NCBI RefSeq assembly: GCF_009914755.1 | Contig: NC_060938.1 | Origin: the human T2T-CHM13v2.0 reference genome, Homo sapiens | Length of the DNA stretch: 64,000 bases | Strand: one strand, 5' to 3' | Shown here: positions 56,217 through 64,000 of the stretch, one piece after another | Position numbering within the stretch: the stretch's first letter is position 1 | Layout: each line of letters starts with the position of its first letter | Translations under genes and position numbers: made by a program | Notes under the pieces: model-generated | The model's input: the letters and a program-made list of their open reading frames with translations, nothing else | Database searches by the model: none | Told to the model about the DNA's origin: nothing

Positions 56217-57092
56217 GTAGGAGAGATGAAAATGGGCCAGCTTGTTAAAGCAGGAGCAGGGGATGCTGCCTTCTGGGTGGTGGGCTAGGTGGTCGTGGCC
56301 TAGGCTAGCACTGGCCACATCAGCAGAACCCACCAAGGAGCAGATTCATTCTGGAAGCAGCATCAGTTCAGCGCAGGAAATCAAACCATTTCCCAGGGCC
56401 TTCCACTCTGAGCTGGAGCACTCGTGCTGCCTGTTGCCCCTGGTCTCCAGCTCCTGATGCTGCACCGGCCTGCAGTATGGCAGGTGCAGTCAATTTTGCT
56501 GGAACTGGTAAATAATCTTCAACCGGCAGTTCCCAATTCCTGTGGTTTCTTTACCGAGTACAGATGTTCCCCACTTCAAGCGATTTATTAAATGCTTGCT
56601 GTGTGTGCTGCACTCCGGCAGGGTCAGTGGAGAAGGTGGGGCACAGAAGGAGTAGTGAGGTGCCTCTGTCCCGGTTTGTATAGGGGTTGTTCCTGAGAAC
56701 CCTATGTGAGGAGGAATGAGAGACCAGGAATGATCCTAAGAGCCTTATACTGATGTCCTGCTTAGATCGCAGGATGGCTGTGCCAAGCGGGTGGGTATTA
56801 TATCTCATGCACCTCGGGTCTTCTCTGGGAATCTGCCTAAGATGCAGTGGAGTGGTCCCGCCTTAAATCCAAACTATAGGGTGGGTAGGGCTCTGAGTCC
56901 CGCTTCTCTGGAGTACCAACATGGGTCGCTCACTCCCACCTGGGGGATTTACGGGGTGGGGTCGGGGGACACCCTCTCACCTTGCTGCTCCCACTGGAGA
57001 GTCCCGCAGAAGTTGGGGCCTGCAGAGAGCCCCAGAACGGGGGCAGGGACGTTGGGTCTCGGTCAGGTCTTCCCGGTGCTCTGGTCCCGCAG

Positions 57093-57153
57093 GAGAGATG
57101 GAGGCTCCAGCTGCGTGGGCCCCGCCCGGAGCCACCGCTCTTGTCGCACGGAG
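57093..57153 (+). CDS. PAPLN: Papilin exon 4 (61 nt)
   Basis: cccgcag|GAGAGAT...GAG|gtaaag; RDGGSSCVGPARSHRSCRTE; phase consistent with exon 3. Confidence 0.96.
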
Positions 57154-57529
57154 GTAAAGCTCACGGGGCGCGGGCGAAGGCACCAGCTTCCCCAGCCCCT
57201 CCTGGCCGATTTCCCCATTGGGATGCCCGCTCCTGGCCGCGGGCTGCTGGGTTGGCCCAGCCTGGGGTCCTCCCGCCAATCCACAGCAGGGCTGCGTGGG
57301 GGCCCCTTCCTCACCCTGCTCCCGGGGACTGGCCTTGCCCTCCACAGCCTAGAGCACCATGGAGGGGCACGCACAGGAGTTCGGGGGTCCGGGGGGCGGA
57401 CTCCACCTCCGGCGGCTCCGATGGGGCAGGCAAGGGAGACTCCTGGGCTCCCTGGGCTCGGGCGGGGCGGGAGGTGGGCGGACCTCGGACTCCGCCCTCC
57501 TGGATCCCGACTTCCCCTCCGCCCCGCAG

Positions 57530-57632
57530 AGCTGCCCCGACGGCGCCCGGGACTTCCGGGCCGAGCAGTGCGCGGAGTTCGACGGAGCGGAGTTCCAGGG
57601 GCGGCGGTATCGGTGGCTGCCCTACTACAGCG
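57530..57632 (+). CDS. PAPLN: Papilin exon 5 (103 nt; Cys-rich region)
   Basis: ccccgcag|AGC...AGCG|gtgagc; SCPDGARDFRAEQCAEFDGAEFQGRRYRWLPYYS. Confidence 0.97.
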
Positions 57633-57734
57633 GTGAGCGCGGCCGGGACTCGCTCTCTCGGGGCCTCTTGCATACCTACGTTGATGCCACAGTTCCTATT
57701 GCCGTATTATAGAGGCGTTGTCATATATATATAT

Positions 57735-58330
<596 letters not shown>

Positions 58331-58900
58331 TTGTCAAATACCCCATCGATCAACCCATAATGAATCAATCACCAGTACCCCTGCTCCCCCCAGCACATGC
58401 CCGTGGCAACACCATGGCAGCCATTTTGAGGTCTTTCCATCCTTTCTCCCCTTATGTATGTATATTTTCAAACGAAGCTATGGTGTGTCTATACCATTTT
58501 GAGCCCTGTTTTTGCTCAGTCTGCTATGGGAAGCGTTCCTCCCGTCGCACAGAGACGGAGATGGGGAACCCCGGGAGCGGTAGCAATGGTGCCCCACGGT
58601 CATCCTGCAGGAGGGGCTGGAAGGGGCTTGGTACACCAAGACTTCATTTATCAAGGATCTGGGGGCCAGAGGAGATGGTCTGTGCACCTCTGAGGAGGGT
58701 ATAAGTCATTAATTTTTAGAGAAATACAGTTCAGGGAAAAAACACCCAGGTAAGCACCAACATGTATGTCATTAAGCATTTTAGATGAATCAGAAGATTC
58801 CTCAAGACAAGTCTTCTGAGTGTTCGTTTTCCCTGCTTGCGGCAAATGAGCTCTGGAGACCCTGTGGCACTCTAGATTCCAGATCAAGGAGCACTTATAT

Positions 58901-59244
58901 TCTCTCTGTGTGTGTGTGGTGGGGATCGTGGCTGTGGGCATGGCCCAGTGGGAGTCTCATATCCTGTGTATGTGTGTGTGTGTGTTGTGGGGATCGTGGC
59001 TGTGGGCATGGCGCAGTGGGAGTCTCATGTCCTCTGTGCGTGTGTGTGTGTGTTGTGCCGATCGTGGCAGTGGGTGTGGCCCAGTGGGAGTCTCTTATCC
59101 TGTGTGTGTGTGCGTGTGTGTGTGTGTGTGTTGTGGGGATCGTGGCTGTGGGCATGGCCCAGTGGGAGTCTCATGTCCTCTGTGCGTGTGTGTGTGTGTT
59201 GTGCCGATAGTGGCAGTGGGCGTGGCCCAGTGGGAGTCTCTTAT

Positions 59245-59285
<41 letters not shown>

Positions 59286-59330
59286 TGGCGATCGTGGCTG
59301 TGGGCGTGGCCCAGTGGGAGTCTCATATCC

Positions 59331-59368
<38 letters not shown>

Positions 59369-59413
59369 GTGGGGACCGTGGCTGTGGGCATGGCCCACTG
59401 GGAGTCTCATATC

Positions 59414-59464
<51 letters not shown>

Positions 59465-59506
59465 GGGATTGTGGCTGTGGGTGTGGCCCAGTGGGAGTCT
59501 CATATC

Positions 59507-59547
<41 letters not shown>

Positions 59548-59750
59548 TGTGTGTGTTGTGGGGATCGTGGCTGTGGGCATGGCCCAGTGGGAGTCTCATA
59601 TCCTCTGTGTGTGTGTGTGTGTGTCTGTGTGTGTTGTGGGGATTGTGGCTGTGGGCATGGCCCAGTGGGAGTCTCATATCCTCTATGTGTGTGTGTGTGT
59701 GTGTGTGTGTTGTGGGGATTGTGGCTGTGGGCGTGACCCAGTGGGACTCT
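58901..59750. repeat. Compound VNTR: 11 copies of a ~48-bp core separated by variable (TG)n tracts
   Basis: Core ttgtggggatcgtggctgtgggcatggcccagtgggagtctcatatcc repeated, with (TG)n spacers of differing length. Confidence 0.97.
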
Positions 59751-59956
59751 AGCTTTCAGAATTCCCCCTGGATCCTGAAGTGGACACATGTCAAAAATAA
59801 TTTGATTATAGTCACATGATAGAAAAATTGGAACACAGGGGAAAGTCTAAAAAGAGAGTAGAGGGATACCTTCCATGGTATGGAGATGATTATAATCCTG
59901 TTTGTACTTTTGGGTTGTTTTAAAATGTGTATATATTTAGATAAATATAAAAATTA

Positions 59957-61133
<1,177 letters not shown>

Positions 61134-61421
61134 GTAGCCTGTTGTAACCACCTCAGCTGTGGTAAATAATGCTGAGGTAGACTTCTTTAAGTGTTTCACT
61201 TTTTCCTGATTCTGGGATTTTTCTTCGACTTGATCCTTAGAGGTGCAACAGATTCATGGAGACGGTCCCTTCTCCTGGGGATGGGGCGGGGATCTGTGCT
61301 CTGCGGGGCCTGCTGCAGGGCTTTCTGACCCATGCTTTCCTGTTGCTAGGGTAAGCCTTGGGTCTTGGGGAGGGGCATCATCAACCTCAGGATCTCAGTC
61401 TTGCCTTCCTGCCCACCCCAG

Positions 61422-61552
61422 CCCCAAACAAGTGTGAACTGAACTGCATTCCCAAGGGGGAGAACTTCTACTACAAGCACAGGGAGGCTGTGGTTGATGG
61501 GACACCCTGCGAGCCTGGCAAGAGGGATGTCTGTGTGGATGGCAGCTGCCGG
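61422..61552 (+). CDS. PAPLN: Papilin exon 6 (131 nt)
   Basis: ccccag|CCCCAAAC...CGG|gtgagt; PNKCELNCIPKGENFYYKHREAVVDGTPCEPGKRDVCVDGSCR. Confidence 0.97.
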
Positions 61553-62344
61553 GTGAGTGGTGCCCCAGCCCCTCCCTGCCTCCGGGCTGCCTGGGGGCTC
61601 AGTGCGGGTGTTTCCCTGTCCATCACCCATAGGCCCAGGTAGCTGCCATGAGCTTGGTGTCTTCTCAAGTTACCAGGACACCAAGCCCAGCTCCTAGGGT
61701 ACCTTGCAGGCATCACAGATGCCCTATGGCCCCTCACCTTCATCCTTGGAGAACGCTAGCCCTACAATAAGAGAAACCCTCTGGGTGGCAGAAATCCGGC
61801 TAAAACCGACTTCAGAAAAACAAACAGCAGGGACAGCCGCAGGCGCATGAATGAGGTGCCACTCGGCTTTCCTCTCCTTGGGTCCAGCATCAGGATCTGG
61901 CCCATTCTTCCCAGGAGGTGTGGAGGTGGCCGCCAGCTGCTCCGACCTTCTGCTCCCTAGAAAGGGAATTCCCAGGGAAAGGGGGCCTCATTCCCAGGAG
62001 TTCTAGCCACCGGGGGTTGTCTCTGATTCGTCTTGGTTTGGGACTTACCCTGAACCACTCCAACCTCCCCAAACCCACATTTGGGGAGCTCCGTTCAAAC
62101 TCTGCGGGAGAGAGGTGGCCCCTCAAGGAAAACAGGGCATTATTACCAGAAGGGGAGATGGGAGCTGAGCAGACAGAGAAGCGGATTGTCAGCCACAGGC
62201 CAGTTCCCTGGCTGGTGGCTGAATCACTCCCGACCACCCTATCCTGCCTGGGCTGCGTGGGTGCTGGGGTTAGGATGCGACGGGGCCCAAGGCCTGATGT
62301 GGCCATGATGCCGTCTCCCCTGCCTCCCGCATCTCTGCCCACAG

Positions 62345-62468
62345 GTTGTCGGCTGTGATCACGAGCTGGACTCGTCCAAGCAGGAGGACAAGTGTCTGCG
62401 GTGTGGGGGTGACGGCACGACCTGCTACCCCGTCGCAGGCACCTTTGACGCTAATGACCTCAGCCGAG
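62345..62468 (+). CDS. PAPLN: Papilin exon 7 (124 nt)
   Basis: cccacag|GTT...CGAG|gtgggg; VVGCDHELDSSKQEDKCLRCGGDGTTCYPVAGTFDANDLSR. Confidence 0.97.
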
Positions 62469-62923
62469 GTGGGGGTGGTTCCGACAAGGGGCAGTTGCCT
62501 GCCCCCTTCCTTGCCTGTCCCTTCCTTGCCTGTCCCTGCTCTGGCCTAGACTCCAGGCCAAGTGGCCCTCATGGCACTGGAAGGCTCTGATCATATCAGG
62601 TCACATCTGAAAGGCCCCCTGTGGCCTTTGGTTAGGACTCGTGCCCGCTCGTGCAGTCCCATCTCCTGCTGCCACCGCCTGGATGCCCTCCCCATCCCTT
62701 CCCACTCCCAGTGTGCTCCGGGTGCCCTGAGCCTTCCCGCCACCCTGGCTTTTGTACTGCGGCCTCTTCTGCCAGGGTTGCCTTTCCCAGCAGCTCGGCC
62801 CTGTCTGGCTCTTGTGTACCCTCCCTGCCCCCATTCTGTGCTGTGTGGCACTTGGAGTCCTGTTTGAGTGGTGCCGGGAGAGGGATAGCCCAGCACACCC
62901 AGCACCTGCGTCTCTGCCCCCAG

Positions 62924-63004
62924 GCTACAACCAGATCCTCATAGTTCCCATGGGTGCCACCAGCATCCTCATCGACGAGGCTGCTGCCAGCAGGAACTTC
63001 CTGG
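62924..63004 (+). CDS. PAPLN: Papilin exon 8 (81 nt, symmetric phase 1; spacer domain)
   Basis: ccccag|GCTAC...CTGG|gtgaga; (G)YNQILIVPMGATSILIDEAAASRNFL. Confidence 0.93.
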
Positions 63005-63101
63005 GTGAGAGCCTAGGGTTAGGTCCTAGGCAGGTCTGGGGCTGCAGGGGGAGGTGCGGCACTGCTCCCTCTGGCTGACTGAGGCGGTCTCCTCTGCGCA
63101 G

Positions 63102-63274
63102 CTGTGAAGAATGTTCGTGGGGAATACTACCTCAATGGGCACTGGACCATCGAGGCGGCCCGGGCCCTGCCAGCAGCCAGCACCATCCTGCATTACGAGC
63201 GGGGTGCTGAGGGGGACCTGGCCCCTGAGCGACTCCATGCCCGGGGCCCCACCTCGGAGCCCCTGGTCATCGAG
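63102..63274 (+). CDS. PAPLN: Papilin exon 9 (173 nt; ADAMTS spacer)
   Basis: ctgcgcag|CTGTG...GAG|gtaaat; (A)VKNVRGEYYLNGHWTIEAARALPAASTILHYERGAEGDLAPERLHARGPTSEPLVIE. Confidence 0.97.
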
Positions 63275-63455
63275 GTAAATGGGGGTGTGGGGAGAGAGGG
63301 CGAGTGGGCAGCTCGTGGTCCCCAAGAGGCTGCCAAGCTCTGTACATGGGGGGTTGAGTGGCTCTGGGCTTGAGGCTGGCAGGGGGCTGTGAGGCTGCGG
63401 AGGGTGTGGGAGTGCTCCCCAGCAGCAGACCCCAACAAGGACTCTCCCGTGACAG

Positions 63456-63579
63456 CTCATCAGCCAGGAGCCCAACCCCGGTGTGCACTATGAGTACCAC
63501 CTGCCCCTGCGCCGCCCCAGCCCCGGCTTCAGCTGGAGCCACGGCTCATGGAGTGACTGCAGCGCGGAGTGTGGCGGAG
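63456..63579 (+). CDS. PAPLN: Papilin exon 10 (124 nt; start of TSP1 repeat 2); gene continues past the window
   Basis: gtgacag|CTC...GGAG|gtgcgg; LISQEPNPGVHYEYHLPLRRPSPGFSWSHGSWSDCSAECGG. Confidence 0.96.
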
Positions 63580-64000
63580 GTGCGGGCGTGGATGGCCCAG
63601 GGGAGGGCATGGGCCCTGTGTGCTGGATCCCACGGCCACAGGTGGGCAAGTCACAGCCCTCTCCTCAAGGCAGTCCCTCCTGGGGAGATGGACAAGTAGG
63701 CGAGAAATCTCTGTGTTATGGGGGTCGCTTTGAGGAAAACCCAGGGATCTGGGGGACTCCATGAAGGACCCCAGCCTAAGCGAATAGAACCAGAGGGGGC
63801 TTCCCAGAGTCAGCGGCATCTCATAGGAGACAGACTCCCTCAGGACCGGAGGCTGGGCCTGGGGTCAGTGATCAGGTGCCAGAGTAGGGCTCTCTCACAG
63901 CAAAAACCCTCAGAGCCTCAGTTTCCTCATCTGCCAATTGGAGATGTGGTGGCACCTGCCTCGGGGGGGTCATCTAAGACTGAATGGGGATGACCTGTGG

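Larger units (their letters stand above)
57090..57660. promoter_or_regulatory. Intragenic CpG island over PAPLN exons 4-5, with tandem GC boxes
   Basis: CpG-dense including intron 4; gggcggggcggg at ~57460. Confidence 0.7.

Noticed and set aside
58901-59750. CRISPR-like repeat/spacer layout and long ORFs (280, 274, 189 aa)
   Set aside because: Human intron, spacers are simple (TG)n, no cas genes; ORFs are open only because the repeat lacks stops.

Overview
Human genomic DNA (chromosome 14q24), + strand. The left 35 kb holds the 3' half of PSEN1 (presenilin-1). It contains coding exons 7-12 (4136-4356, 9520-9618, 17848-17934, 23231-23404, 28585-28703, 30595-30750), all GT-AG with consistent phases, both catalytic aspartates, and a ~4.4-kb 3' UTR with proximal and distal poly(A) signals. 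After ~14 kb of intergenic DNA, a CpG island (~48.8-49.9 kb) starts PAPLN (papilin); exons 1-10 are in the window (signal peptide, TSP1 repeat, Cys-rich and ADAMTS-spacer regions). Introns are packed with ~55 Alus plus L1, L2, MIR, MER, MLT and LTR relics, and two U6 snRNA pseudogenes. Almost all supplied ORFs are Alu, low-complexity or GC-rich artefacts. I found no credible new multi-gene system. The best second-look items are: a decayed processed retrocopy of the WDR62 3' end in PSEN1 intron 6; a 92-nt frameshifting PSEN1 exon recruited from an antisense MER52 LTR; several locally templated duplications (a perfect 76-bp copy inside that LTR, a 60-bp copy in PAPLN, a ~90-bp inverted repeat); a hairpin-seeded VNTR in PSEN1 intron 11; and a compound minisatellite/(TG)n array in PAPLN intron 5. 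Repeat family names and boundaries were assigned by eye and are approximate; comparisons to known proteins and variants are from memory, not searches.
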